Below are positions 54,892 through 63,623 of a stretch of 64,000 nucleotides of DNA, in pieces (the stretch's first letter is position 1; each line of letters starts with the position of its first letter). Below the pieces are notes generated by a model. It had not been told where the DNA came from and did not search any database. It saw only the letters and a list, made by a program, of their open reading frames with translations. This stretch comes from a virus (taxonomy: Duplodnaviria > Caudoviricetes): positions 4,763 to 68,762 of IMG/VR virus record IMGVR_UViG_2974532474_000001; one strand, written 5' to 3'. Both the position numbers and the translations under genes were made by a program.

Positions 54892-55243
54892 CACATGGCC
54901 CCGGGACGAGTCCGGCAACATACGCATGGTGCTGTATGTTGCCGGACCCATGACCGGGCTACCAGAGTTCAACCGCCCCCAATTCCATGCCGTCACCGAC
55001 GAATTACGCCGCCGCGGCTACTACGTGTTAAATCCGGCACGGCAGCCGTTAGGTTTGGAATATAACGACTATTTGAGACGTGGACTGTACGACGTTTCCC
55101 GGGCTGACGGGCTGGCTTTGCTGCCCAACTGGGAGGAATCGAACGGCGCACGAATCGAACACCGACTAGCCCTGAAAATGGGGCTGGAATGCCGCCCCCA
55201 TGATGAATGGGAAAACCTCTACGAGAAAGAGCCACAGCTATGA
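54881..55243 (+). CDS. DUF4406 / nucleoside deoxyribosyltransferase-like protein
   Basis: LYVAGPMTGLPEFNRPQF...LNPA...LLPNWEESNGARIE. Confidence 0.85.
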   Translation: MHTDTWPRDESGNIRMVLYVAGPMTGLPEFNRPQFHAVTDELRRRGYYVLNPARQPLGLEYNDYLRRGLYDVSRADGLALLPNWEESNGARIEHRLALKMGLECRPHDEWENLYEKEPQL

Positions 55244-55830
55244 GCAAGCCGCTTGTCCAGTACGCCACATTCAGAAACGAGAACCGGGAATTGGCCATTG
55301 ACGCCAAAGCACCCCGGGGCGTTCGGCTCAAGATCAGGTCACTCAAGACCGGCAGCACCTTGGGCGTGTTCCAGGTCCCCCACGGTGACCTCCCGGCCAT
55401 GATGTTTGAGCTCACGGGCGGCGCCGCCACCGAACAGGAACTTGCCGACGCCCAAGAGATCGTAGAGGCGTTCCAGGCGGGCGACAACACCACCCAGAAC
55501 GTGGCCATGCTGACCCGCCGGCTGCTGCTGGCCCTCCACATCAACGCCACCAACGTCATGGCCGCTGAAACGCTGGGGGAAGCACCAGCCCCGGAAACCC
55601 AAGAGGGCTGCCAAGGCTGCCGAGACTTCAACGAGGCCGTAGGGACTGCCCCTGCGGAAACCCTGCAAGACCCGGACTATGACCACGCCGCAGCGCCCAT
55701 GGAAGACCCGGAACCCCTCAGCCCGGAAGACGTGCGCCAAGCCCTCACGGAAGCCCTCAAGGAAAACGAGAGCTTGCGCACCCGGCTGCTGGCCGTCGCC
55801 GCCGTCCTTGACCCCGCCACCCAGTTCTGA
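55240..55830 (+). CDS. Hypothetical protein
   Basis: ATGA overlap. Confidence 0.7.
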   Translation: MSKPLVQYATFRNENRELAIDAKAPRGVRLKIRSLKTGSTLGVFQVPHGDLPAMMFELTGGAATEQELADAQEIVEAFQAGDNTTQNVAMLTRRLLLALHINATNVMAAETLGEAPAPETQEGCQGCRDFNEAVGTAPAETLQDPDYDHAAAPMEDPEPLSPEDVRQALTEALKENESLRTRLLAVAAVLDPATQF

Positions 55831-55834
55831 ACCC

Positions 55835-56110
55835 ATGTCCGGAGGACGCCCACCATCACGCCCCCACGGGCACTGCCTAAACCCCAAATGCGGCCACCCC
55901 ACACGAACCAGCGGACCCCACACCCCGGAAACCAAGGGAATGCGGCGCCACGTCAAGAACGTGTGCGCCCCGTGCGCCGTCAAGGGCTACACCCCAGTGC
56001 CAGAGGACATGCCCGACACCCTGTTATTCCAGGATTTCGAGTGGTCCCCTGAACTGCTGACCGACGCCGTGAACTACGCCATGGAGAACATGCTCGATGT
56101 TGCTGCATAA
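55835..56110 (+). CDS. Zn-finger-type hypothetical protein
   Basis: CLNPKC...VCAPC. Confidence 0.6.
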   Translation: MSGGRPPSRPHGHCLNPKCGHPTRTSGPHTPETKGMRRHVKNVCAPCAVKGYTPVPEDMPDTLLFQDFEWSPELLTDAVNYAMENMLDVAA

Positions 56111-56510
56111 CCCGCCCCTCACAATCGTGGCCACCGTCCCCATGGCCGACCTGTTGAACGCAAACGTGAGCGCCCACTGGGGTTCCCGCAGCCCCAAGGT
56201 CAAGGCGTTGCGCGAGGCCGGCGGCTGGCTCATGCGCGAAAAGCACAAAGGCCGCAACCCGTACTTTGAGCGCTGCCACATCAACGTGACCGTGCAATTC
56301 CCGAACAAATCCCGGGACCGGGACACCATGAATTACTACCCCACCAGCAAAGCCCATGTGGACGGCTTCATCGACGCCAAGCTCGCAATCAACGACCACG
56401 AGGGCATAGTTATTGGCCCCCACCTATGGCCCACCGCCACGCTGTCCGGGATGCCCGGTTACGCCCGGTTCATCTACCAGATAACCCACTTGGACAGCAC
56501 CTATGAGTGA
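56097..56510 (+). CDS. rusA: RusA-like Holliday junction resolvase
   Basis: LNAN..AHW...RDTMNY..T.KA.VDGFIDA....ND. Confidence 0.7.
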   Translation: MLLHNPPLTIVATVPMADLLNANVSAHWGSRSPKVKALREAGGWLMREKHKGRNPYFERCHINVTVQFPNKSRDRDTMNYYPTSKAHVDGFIDAKLAINDHEGIVIGPHLWPTATLSGMPGYARFIYQITHLDSTYE

Positions 56511-56700
56511 CCACATAGCCGCTATCCGCGCCGACCTGGAACGCGAACGCTTGGCGTTGCTCCAACAGGTCAGCACGGAACGGCACACCCCCACTTACTA
56601 CCGGCACCGCCCTGAACGCCCCAGTGTTGGCCGTCGCCGCGCCGAACTACTCCGAACCGAAAACGCAGCGTTCTACGCAGCCAGAAAGGCCACCAAATGA
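56503..56700 (+). CDS. Small hypothetical protein
   Basis: Overlapping start and stop. Confidence 0.6.
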   Translation: MSDHIAAIRADLERERLALLQQVSTERHTPTYYRHRPERPSVGRRRAELLRTENAAFYAARKATK

Positions 56701-57080
56701 GCATGTACTACAACCGCCACCAGCGACGCCACGACCGCAACAAAGGTCTCATGTTCGGTGCCTTTCTACTCGTGGCCATGCTGCTGGTGGGCGTCGTCGC
56801 CGTCACCCAGAACGCGAGCAAGCAAGCGCAGAACTGCACCGTGGCAGCCAAGCACATGACCACCGACGTGCACGACGGCCAAAGCGTCCGCGTGTATCAG
56901 GTGGAAACCACCGAATGTGGGGTACTGCGCATTGAAGACAACGCCCTGCAGGGAGTCTTCAACAGCGCGGACCTGTTCGCCGCCCTCCACGAGGGGCAGC
57001 GCTACCGCTTCACCACCGTGGGTTGGCGCATCCCCATCTTTAGCCAGTTCCCCACCGTCGTGAAGCTCGAAAGTGCCTAG
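56697..57080 (+). CDS. Membrane-anchored/secreted protein
   Basis: N-terminal TM then C..., ECGV, NSADL, F.T.GWR.P..SQFP. Confidence 0.75.
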   Translation: MSMYYNRHQRRHDRNKGLMFGAFLLVAMLLVGVVAVTQNASKQAQNCTVAAKHMTTDVHDGQSVRVYQVETTECGVLRIEDNALQGVFNSADLFAALHEGQRYRFTTVGWRIPIFSQFPTVVKLESA

Positions 57081-57303
57081 ACGCCGCTACTTCAACCGCG
57101 ACGTAAAGCCGTGGTTCATCACCCCCGCCGAACAAGCGCACATTGACAGCTTCAAACCCCCGGAAGAACTCCACCCATGTCTGATTATCGCGACCCCAGC
57201 ACCCGCAAAAACGCCACCACCGGACGCCGCGCCGCCGACTACCAGCCCCAACCCCTGGAACCCCGCAAAGGCCGCGGACCCGGCAAGCCCAAGCCCGTGG
57301 TGA
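57073..57303 (+). CDS. Pro-rich small protein
   Basis: Overlapping GTG start. Confidence 0.5.
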   Translation: MPRRRYFNRDVKPWFITPAEQAHIDSFKPPEELHPCLIIATPAPAKTPPPDAAPPTTSPNPWNPAKAADPASPSPW

Positions 57304-57324
57304 GGAAAGAAAGGACGCCCCGCC

Positions 57325-57642
57325 ATGACCGCTGAACACCCCACAGACCCACCAGCCAGCCCCCTCTTTGTTGACAAGCTACTGGGGCAAGAACACTGGA
57401 TGAAAGACCTCTACCTGAACCCCGAGCGACACAAGCCACATGTGCTTTACGAGGTGCCAGAACCCCGCGACCCCGCAGCGATCCGGGCAGACCTCATGGC
57501 AGCCGAGAAACTGGAACACGACCCCGACGTCGTGCATGAGGAAGGCAGCTGGGGCGCTGCCGGTTGCCCACGCTGCGACGCCATGGAACCCCTCAGCAAC
57601 GAACTGCTCCGCTCCACACTGCGGGGGCCAAGTGCCCCGTAA
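57325..57642 (+). CDS. Hypothetical protein
   Basis: AAAGGA RBS. Confidence 0.7.
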   Translation: MTAEHPTDPPASPLFVDKLLGQEHWMKDLYLNPERHKPHVLYEVPEPRDPAAIRADLMAAEKLEHDPDVVHEEGSWGAAGCPRCDAMEPLSNELLRSTLRGPSAP

Positions 57643-58114
57643 GACAACCGCCGAACGATTCTGGGAAAAGGTAGAGGTCAAGGAACCCCACGAGTGCTGG
57701 CCATGGACGGCCACTAAAGCCCCTGATACGGGTTACGGGCAGTTCTATGACGGCGCCCGGCTGGTGAAGCCACACCGCCACGTTTTTGAGCTCGCGAACG
57801 GGCCGATTCCAGAGGGCAAAGTCATTGACCACACTTGCCACAATGAGGCAGAGTGCCGGGACGTTCCTTGCCAGCACCGCGCCTGTTGCAACCCGGCGCA
57901 CCTGGAAGCCGTCACCCAGTCCGTAAACTCAATCCGGGGACGCACCGGGGACCACCAGAGCGAGAAAACACACTGCCCCGCAAACCACCCTTACAGCCCC
58001 GAAAACACAATTTGGGGCAGAGGTGGACGGCGGCGAACGTGCCGCACATGCAACCGCGTTTATCAACGCCGGTACAACGAGAAACGAAAGCTGAGGCAAG
58101 CCCATGGCGGGTGA
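57632..58114 (+). CDS. HNH endonuclease with C-terminal Zn domain
   Basis: CWPWT...GYG...HR...IDHTC...[12 protein letters not shown]; KTHCPANH...CRTC. Confidence 0.85.
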   Translation: MPRKTTAERFWEKVEVKEPHECWPWTATKAPDTGYGQFYDGARLVKPHRHVFELANGPIPEGKVIDHTCHNEAECRDVPCQHRACCNPAHLEAVTQSVNSIRGRTGDHQSEKTHCPANHPYSPENTIWGRGGRRRTCRTCNRVYQRRYNEKRKLRQAHGG

Positions 58115-58667
58115 GACAACCATCACCGTGATTGGCAATCTGACGAACGATGTTGAATTACGGTTCACACCGTCAGGCAGCGCGGTGGCAAACTTCACCA
58201 TTGCCAGCACCCCGCGCACCTTCGACAGGCAAAAGAACGAATGGGTAGATCAGGAAACGCTTTTCTTGCGCTGCTCCATTTGGCGCGAGGCTGCCGAGAA
58301 CGTGGCCGAGTCCCTGACCAAGGGCATGCGCGTTATTGCTTCCGGGCGCCTCAAGTCCAGGTCATACGAGGACAAGGAACACCAAAAGCGCACGGTGATT
58401 GAGCTTGAGGTGGACGAGATTGGCCCGAGCTTGCGCTATGCCAACGCGAAGGTGACCCGGACCCCCAAGACAGGCGGTGGCGGTGGCGGGTTCGGTGGCG
58501 GTAATGGCGCGTCACAGGGCGGTCAGGGCGGCGGCGCTGGATATAGTAGTCAAGGCGGTTTTGGTGGCGGTGCAAGTTCCGCGCCGGCCGAGGATCCGTG
58601 GGCGACCCCGGGCGTTAGCAATGCTGGCGGCTGGGGGAACGGCCCCGATTCAGAACCGCCGTTTTAG
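58104..58667 (+). CDS. ssb: Single-stranded DNA-binding protein
   Basis: [21 protein letters not shown]...[18 protein letters not shown]; Gly-rich tail ending EPPF. Confidence 0.95.
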   Translation: MAGETTITVIGNLTNDVELRFTPSGSAVANFTIASTPRTFDRQKNEWVDQETLFLRCSIWREAAENVAESLTKGMRVIASGRLKSRSYEDKEHQKRTVIELEVDEIGPSLRYANAKVTRTPKTGGGGGGFGGGNGASQGGQGGGAGYSSQGGFGGGASSAPAEDPWATPGVSNAGGWGNGPDSEPPF

Positions 58668-58813
58668 CTTCCAGTTGGTCCGGTTAGGTGCGTTTAGTGT
58701 GCGAGCGGAATTAGTACGCCGTGGACCACTCTAAAGATGATGTAGACGTTGCCAGCGATCCGGTAGCCAATAGGTGAGGTGGAGGACGTAGGGCGTTACG
58801 TTGGAAGCCACGG

Positions 58814-58847
58814 AAAGCCCCGGTGCACGCTCGCGCCGGGGCTTTTT
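58814..58847. terminator. Terminator
   Basis: AAAGCCCCGG...CCGGGGCTTTTT. Confidence 0.85.
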
Positions 58848-58871
58848 CGTGTCCTCTTGCATGAAGTGTGG

Positions 58872-58901
58872 TTGCATTCCAATGTAGTGGGGTGCTACAT
58901 T
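58872..58901 (+). promoter_or_regulatory. SigA-type promoter TTGCAT-N18-TACATT with operator TGTAG-N7-CTACA (58883-58899)
   Basis: 25 bp identical to the reverse complement of the 25191-25215 site. Confidence 0.8.
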
Positions 58902-58941
58902 CTTTCTAACGCAGAAACCGCCACAGCAAAGGACCAGGAAA

Positions 58942-59316
58942 ATGACACTCACCCCCGGATTCATCATCACCAACGTTGAGACCACAAGCACGGGCTACTA
59001 CCACTTGGAGTTCGTCAGCGCTGACGGCAAGCGCATGGCATCGGCCACGCAGCACGGCAACGGCGGTTCCAACGTCTACCGCCACGGCCTCAAGAAAGGC
59101 AAAGAATGGGGCTACGACACCACGGAAGCTTTCGACGCGTGGCTGGAAGAAAACGCAGCCTTCGCCGCAGCGAAAATGCGCGAGCTTGAACAGCCCGAAC
59201 TTGCCTACTACGTGGAAGCACGGGATGGGGAATGGGACGACATTGTAATGATTGCCATTCTTGACGCCGTGGACATGCAGGAAGTCCAAGTCCACAAGAA
59301 CCGCCGCGCTTCCTAA
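58942..59316 (+). CDS. Immediate-early hypothetical protein
   Basis: AAAGGA RBS after promoter. Confidence 0.8.
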   Translation: MTLTPGFIITNVETTSTGYYHLEFVSADGKRMASATQHGNGGSNVYRHGLKKGKEWGYDTTEAFDAWLEENAAFAAAKMRELEQPELAYYVEARDGEWDDIVMIAILDAVDMQEVQVHKNRRAS

Positions 59317-59349
59317 CCCCCCGCCACAGCTACGCAAAGGACCAAAGCC

Positions 59350-60078
59350 ATGACCGCCGAACAGCCCCTTGACCTCCACGTATTCGCTACGGGCGACCGC
59401 ATCCACAACGGAACTAGCCCGATTGTGTACACCGTCACCAAGGTGACCAAAACCCTTGTTCACGCTGTCAGCGAGAACGGCACCCCCGTGAAATTCAAAC
59501 TCAAGTGGGACGACTTGACCCCCGCAGCCCCCGCCCCCAAGCTGGGCAAGAAAGCGCAGCGCGAGGCCGACGCGTGGGCCAAGCGCGTTGAGGCTGAGGG
59601 CTTCCATGTGGGTCAAGAGGTCATGGCCACACGCATCACCGAGGATTCCCGGGGGTACGTCAAGAGCAAGTGGGAGGAACCCGCAGTTATCGCCGAGCTA
59701 CGCACCTTTGACGCCCTTGTGAGGTTTGAGGGTGGGGCGGTTGAGAGTTCGGGATTTGGTCTGCGCGCCCTCACGGAAACCCCCACGCCGTTGCTGCACC
59801 CCAAGCGTGAGGTGTTCGACGTGAAGGCGTGCAAGGGCAATGAGGTGTTGGAAGTGATCACGATCAACGGCAGCCTCAAGCGCGCCCGTTCGGTGGCTGA
59901 AATGCTTGGCTGCAAGTACGGTTTCGGAACCATGCATATTGACTTCAAAACCAGCTTCCTTGAGTACCACCAAGGTCTTGGCAACATGGGTGTTGAGATT
60001 GAGGATTTGGACCCCGACGCCCCGTTCGAGGTTGGCCCATTTGATGAAGACTTGACCGCTGAAATGGCGGCTGATTAG
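59350..60078 (+). CDS. Hypothetical protein (SH3-like segments)
   Basis: AAAGGA RBS; FATGDRI, FHVGQEV. Confidence 0.75.
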   Translation: MTAEQPLDLHVFATGDRIHNGTSPIVYTVTKVTKTLVHAVSENGTPVKFKLKWDDLTPAAPAPKLGKKAQREADAWAKRVEAEGFHVGQEVMATRITEDSRGYVKSKWEEPAVIAELRTFDALVRFEGGAVESSGFGLRALTETPTPLLHPKREVFDVKACKGNEVLEVITINGSLKRARSVAEMLGCKYGFGTMHIDFKTSFLEYHQGLGNMGVEIEDLDPDAPFEVGPFDEDLTAEMAAD

Positions 60079-60094
60079 AACAAGCGAGACCGAG

Positions 60095-60121
60095 AAAGCC
60101 ACCCTACGGGGTGGCTTTTTT
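60095..60121 (+). terminator. Terminator
   Basis: AAAGCCACCC-TACG-GGGTGGCTTTTTT. Confidence 0.9.
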
Positions 60122-60134
60122 CGTGCCCGGGCAA

Positions 60135-60166
60135 AAACAAGCACGCCCCAAGAGAGACTGAGGATA
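60135..60166 (+). promoter_or_regulatory. Class M promoter variant (AAACAAGCACG), leaderless
   Basis: GAGACT -10; ATG at +28. Confidence 0.75.
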
Positions 60167-60405
60167 TGGACGCTTTCGAGTATCAGACCGTGAAGGTTCC
60201 CCGCGACGCCAAGGGGCGCACTAAAGCGCTGACGGCCTACGGGCAGCAAGGGTGGGAGGTCACCAACACCAATGACGCATGGCAAAAGACCGTGACCGTG
60301 ACCATGCGCCGTGTGGTGCCCGGTGGCGCGCGGCCCAAGCCCAAACAGCCCGGGCTATTCGGACTGATATTCCAAGCACTCGCAAACCGCAACACCGCCA
60401 AGTAA
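60166..60405 (+). CDS. DUF4177-like small protein
   Basis: FEYQTVKV...LTAYGQQGWEV. Confidence 0.65.
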   Translation: MDAFEYQTVKVPRDAKGRTKALTAYGQQGWEVTNTNDAWQKTVTVTMRRVVPGGARPKPKQPGLFGLIFQALANRNTAK

Positions 60406-60417
60406 AGGAACCCAGCT

Positions 60418-61533
60418 TTGAAACTCACCATTGATTCCAGCACGCTCAATGAGGCCGTGGGCTTCGCTGCCCGGGCCGTGAACCCCCGCCATGCCCAGTC
60501 AGTCCTCACGGGGCTGGTGCTGGAAGCCAGCGGCGGTGTGCTGTCCATCCGAGGCTTTGACCAGACCAAGGCCAACGCCGTGGAAGTCACCGCCGACATT
60601 GAGGAAGACGGCCTTGTGCTGCTTCCCGGCGCCGTGCTGGCCAACATGCTCAAGGCTCTGCCGAATAACAAGCCGCTGGACCTGGAAGTCTCCGACAGGG
60701 CAACGCTCAAGGTGGGGCGCGCCAAGTTCTCTACCCCGGTCATGCCGATGGACAACTACCCGGTGTTGCCCGGGCTTCCGCAGCGTCTTGGGTATGTGGA
60801 CAGTGACGTGTTCGCCAAGGCCGTGGCGCAGATTCAGCATGCCGCCGGCCGGAACTCCGACGTGGAGGTTTTGAACGGCATTCATGTTGAGCTCCGCGGC
60901 GATCTTTTGACGCTGCTGGCCACTGACCGTTACCGTGTGGCCGTCGCTGATATTCCCATCCACCGCTATGAGGGCACCCCGGAAAATGCCGAGTTCCTTG
61001 TGTTGGCCGAGGTGCTGGTGAACGCTGCCCGGGGCGGCAGCGGCAACATGGACGTACTGGGTTCTGAACAGCGCATTGGGTTTGTCTCCGCTACCAGGAC
61101 GGCCACAGCCAACCTCATGGCTGGACAGTTCCCCCCGGTGCGTCGCCTGTTCCCGGCAGCCCACATGGTGGCCAACCGGGCGACCATTGACGTGGATGCG
61201 CTGCTGGGTGCTGTGACTCGTGCCGCCGTCGTCGTGGACGGGAAAAACCCCATCCGGCTGAACTTCCGGGAAGGTGAGGTTATTGTTGACGCTGGCCGCG
61301 CTGACTCTAACGCTGGTGAGGAAGCGGTGGAGTGCTGGCACGACTTCGAGGGGCCAAAGGCGGTGGGATTCAACCCCACGTATCTGTCGGAAGGGTTGCG
61401 CTCGCTGTCCACCCCGCAAGCCGTGTTTGGCTTCCACGCTGAGACCGGCGTGAAGCCCATTAGCCTGACGGATTCCGGCGACACGCTGAACAGCCAGCAA
61501 TTGCTTATGCCCATGAGGCTGGAAAGCATCTAG
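60418..61533 (+). CDS. dnaN: DNA polymerase III beta sliding clamp homologue
   Basis: L.GL.LEA...LSIRGFD, LLATDRYRVA, GQFPPVRRLFP, GFNPTYL, LLMPMR. Confidence 0.92.
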   Translation: MKLTIDSSTLNEAVGFAARAVNPRHAQSVLTGLVLEASGGVLSIRGFDQTKANAVEVTADIEEDGLVLLPGAVLANMLKALPNNKPLDLEVSDRATLKVGRAKFSTPVMPMDNYPVLPGLPQRLGYVDSDVFAKAVAQIQHAAGRNSDVEVLNGIHVELRGDLLTLLATDRYRVAVADIPIHRYEGTPENAEFLVLAEVLVNAARGGSGNMDVLGSEQRIGFVSATRTATANLMAGQFPPVRRLFPAAHMVANRATIDVDALLGAVTRAAVVVDGKNPIRLNFREGEVIVDAGRADSNAGEEAVECWHDFEGPKAVGFNPTYLSEGLRSLSTPQAVFGFHAETGVKPISLTDSGDTLNSQQLLMPMRLESI

Positions 61534-61580
61534 CGGCGTGTTAATCTGAGTTCCTTGCTGCGTCGGGTTGCAGGGGTCAT

Positions 61581-61613
61581 GGAAAGCCCGGGGATTTTGT
61601 CCCCGGGCTTTCC
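61581..61613. terminator. Hairpin, probable terminator
   Basis: GGAAAGCCCGGGGA-TTTTG-TCCCCGGGCTTTCC. Confidence 0.8.
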
Positions 61614-61622
61614 TTTGCCCAA

Positions 61623-61655
61623 AAACAGGCACGCTCGCGCATAGCGTGGGTTTTA
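61623..61655 (+). promoter_or_regulatory. Class M promoter, leaderless
   Basis: TAGCGT -10; ATG at +29. Confidence 0.75.
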
Positions 61656-62002
61656 TGAGCTATGACATTTCAATGGAAGTGCCCCCAAGTGAGGGCTGCT
61701 GCAAGTGCCACGGTGGCGAATATGTGGACTTGGGCAACATGACCCGCAACGTGTCCCCGCTGTGGCGCCACGCCGCCCCACAGACGGACGGGCTGGCCGG
61801 TCTCGACGGCAAGACAGGTGGCGAGTTCGCCGCGTATCTGCGCACGTCCCTGGAACACATGAAAGCCCACCGGGCCGAGTATGAGCCGCTGGTACGAGGG
61901 GACGGGACGTGGGGGAACTACCAAAACGCGGTGGACTACATGACCACCGTGGTGGAAGCCGCCGAACAGAACCCCGCCGCGCGGTTCCACGTCAGCGTTT
62001 GA
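61655..62002 (+). CDS. Conserved-type phage hypothetical (MSYDISM...NMTRNVSPLW...WGNY)
   Basis: ATG at the promoter +1. Confidence 0.75.
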   Translation: MSYDISMEVPPSEGCCKCHGGEYVDLGNMTRNVSPLWRHAAPQTDGLAGLDGKTGGEFAAYLRTSLEHMKAHRAEYEPLVRGDGTWGNYQNAVDYMTTVVEAAEQNPAARFHVSV

Positions 62003-62009
62003 TCCCCTA

Positions 62010-62041
62010 AAACAGGCACGCAGCGTGTCACGCTGGAAATA
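62010..62041 (+). promoter_or_regulatory. Class M promoter (CACGCT)
   Basis: Same spacing as other copies. Confidence 0.75.
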
Positions 62042-62074
62042 AGAACACCACCCCCATCAAGAAAGACCAACCCC

Positions 62075-62467
62075 ATGGATTTGCTCGCTATTTGGTTCTA
62101 CGTTTTCCCGTGGATTTCGTTGCTCGCGTGTATCAACCTCACGCTGATTGTCATTCACCTGTGGTGGCCGCGTCCCAACGCTGTCACCAAGGCCGCGAAC
62201 GCCGCACGCCGTGAGGGCTTCAAGGACGGTTTCAAGACCGGCCACGAGGAAGGCGTGAAAGAGGGCTACAAAGCCGGCGCTGAGGACAACCACCTTGAGG
62301 AAGGGCACTTTATCAAGTGCCCCGACTGTGACCACGCAATCCACATTCCCACCATCCTGCATGTGGACGGCGAACCTGGAGACCAGACGATCACATGCGA
62401 GCCGGACACCACGGAACTGTGGATCCATATAGAGGGCCACAAGGCCGGGACCATTGACCACGCGTAA
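62075..62467 (+). CDS. Membrane protein with C-terminal Zn ribbon
   Basis: N-terminal TM, GF.DG..EG repeats, CPDC. Confidence 0.75.
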   Translation: MDLLAIWFYVFPWISLLACINLTLIVIHLWWPRPNAVTKAANAARREGFKDGFKTGHEEGVKEGYKAGAEDNHLEEGHFIKCPDCDHAIHIPTILHVDGEPGDQTITCEPDTTELWIHIEGHKAGTIDHA

Positions 62468-62590
62468 GCGCCGCGCCTTGGTGGTCCCTCCCGGGCCGAT
62501 CACGGAACCGAGCTACTGCCCCCGCTGTGGTCAGGGCTACATACTTCAACAGTTCGCTGACGAATGCCCCTGCAGGGAGGAACCAAAGCC

Positions 62591-62734
62591 GTGCGAATCA
62601 CCTACGCAAGCACCAACGACGATTTGAAATATCTCACCAGCTTGGGGGTGCCGCTGGAAGACGTGGCCCACCGTATGGGCCGCTCTGAGGACGCCGTCCA
62701 AGCCATGCTGACCAAAGACGAACCGGAAGACTGA
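62591..62734 (+). CDS. 47 aa HTH micro-protein
   Basis: Hand-translated; AGGGAGG RBS; LGVPLEDVAHRMGRSEDAVQAML. Confidence 0.65.
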   Translation: MRITYASTNDDLKYLTSLGVPLEDVAHRMGRSEDAVQAMLTKDEPED

Positions 62735-62738
62735 GGAA

Positions 62739-63047
62739 ATGCCAGCACAACACCAGTGGAGCGACGAAACCCTGCGCTTGAGGCAGGAAGCCCACGAGGC
62801 CATAGACAAGCTCGCGCGGTCCATGCACAAGGACCGTGGCGACTGGGGGCGGCGGGACGATTGGACCGACGAGGAACGCGCCGCCGTGGACCTCAAGGAC
62901 CAACACCTGACCGCATGGGTGGTGAATACCCAGTACCAAGGCTTTGACGACCCGGAAGACAGCACGGAAGTGGCTTGTTCGTCCGGCGCCGCTGGGTCAA
63001 CAATGCGGGGGCTGGCGGAATCGCTGGCCGACGCCTACTCCGAATAA
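62739..63047 (+). CDS. Hypothetical protein
   Basis: GAGG RBS; LTAWVV...G.M.GLA. Confidence 0.7.
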   Translation: MPAQHQWSDETLRLRQEAHEAIDKLARSMHKDRGDWGRRDDWTDEERAAVDLKDQHLTAWVVNTQYQGFDDPEDSTEVACSSGAAGSTMRGLAESLADAYSE

Positions 63048-63071
63048 CCGACAAAGAGAGAGACGGACATT

Positions 63072-63623
63072 ATGGGTTTCATGGACAAGCTGCGCACCTT
63101 GTGGCACGGCAACAGCATGGGCGCGACGGCTGAACAGGTGAGCGCCAAGGAAGCCGAGGACGCCATGGCGGCGGCGGCGGACCTGCTGACCCCCAGCGAG
63201 GCGCGCCGGCGTGAACAGTACGCCGAGAAGGTAGCCACGTTCGTGGGCAAGTGGAACGGCAAGGACGCCCCCAGCGAGGCATACGGGCCACAGTCCCCGG
63301 CCCTCATTCAAGAGTTCATGCAGGAATTCCAGCCCGGGTGGCGCTGGGATTTCGGCAACGCCGTGGACCTTGCCGACCACCCGGACGCGCTGCCCGGGTT
63401 CTTTCAGGTGCCAGTGGGTGCGCCGTTGCGGTTCGGTGACATTGTGGTGTTCAAGACTGACTTCATGCGCCCGTTCGGGAACGTGGGCATTGTCATGGAC
63501 CCGGACACCAGCATGGGCAACGTAACCGTGTTCACGCAGCATGTCACCAAGGGCGCTTTGCGAGCTCACGAACCCATGACGGTGGCCGCGATCTTTAGGC
63601 GGAACCATGCCCACACGGTTTAG
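63072..63623 (+). CDS. CHAP-fold protein lacking catalytic Cys/His
   Basis: YGPQSPALI...FGNAVD...GDIVVF...PFGNVGIV...V.TQ aligns with the two intact CHAP domains in this window. Confidence 0.65.
   Translation: MGFMDKLRTLWHGNSMGATAEQVSAKEAEDAMAAAADLLTPSEARRREQYAEKVATFVGKWNGKDAPSEAYGPQSPALIQEFMQEFQPGWRWDFGNAVDLADHPDALPGFFQVPVGAPLRFGDIVVFKTDFMRPFGNVGIVMDPDTSMGNVTVFTQHVTKGALRAHEPMTVAAIFRRNHAHTV

Noticed and set aside
58668-58813. Possible tRNA or ncRNA in the gap after ssb
   Set aside because: No cloverleaf, T-loop or CCA pattern recognised by eye; tRNAscan/Infernal would be needed.
35592-61632. Long minus-strand ORFs in the early region (35592-36605, 41145-42191, 43993-45306, 60499-61632)
   Set aside because: They fully overlap well-supported plus-strand genes and show no recognisable domains.
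62481-62627. 48 aa Cys-containing ORF (YCPRCG...CPC)
   Set aside because: Weak start signal and overlap with the better supported 62591 HTH ORF; possible but unsupported.
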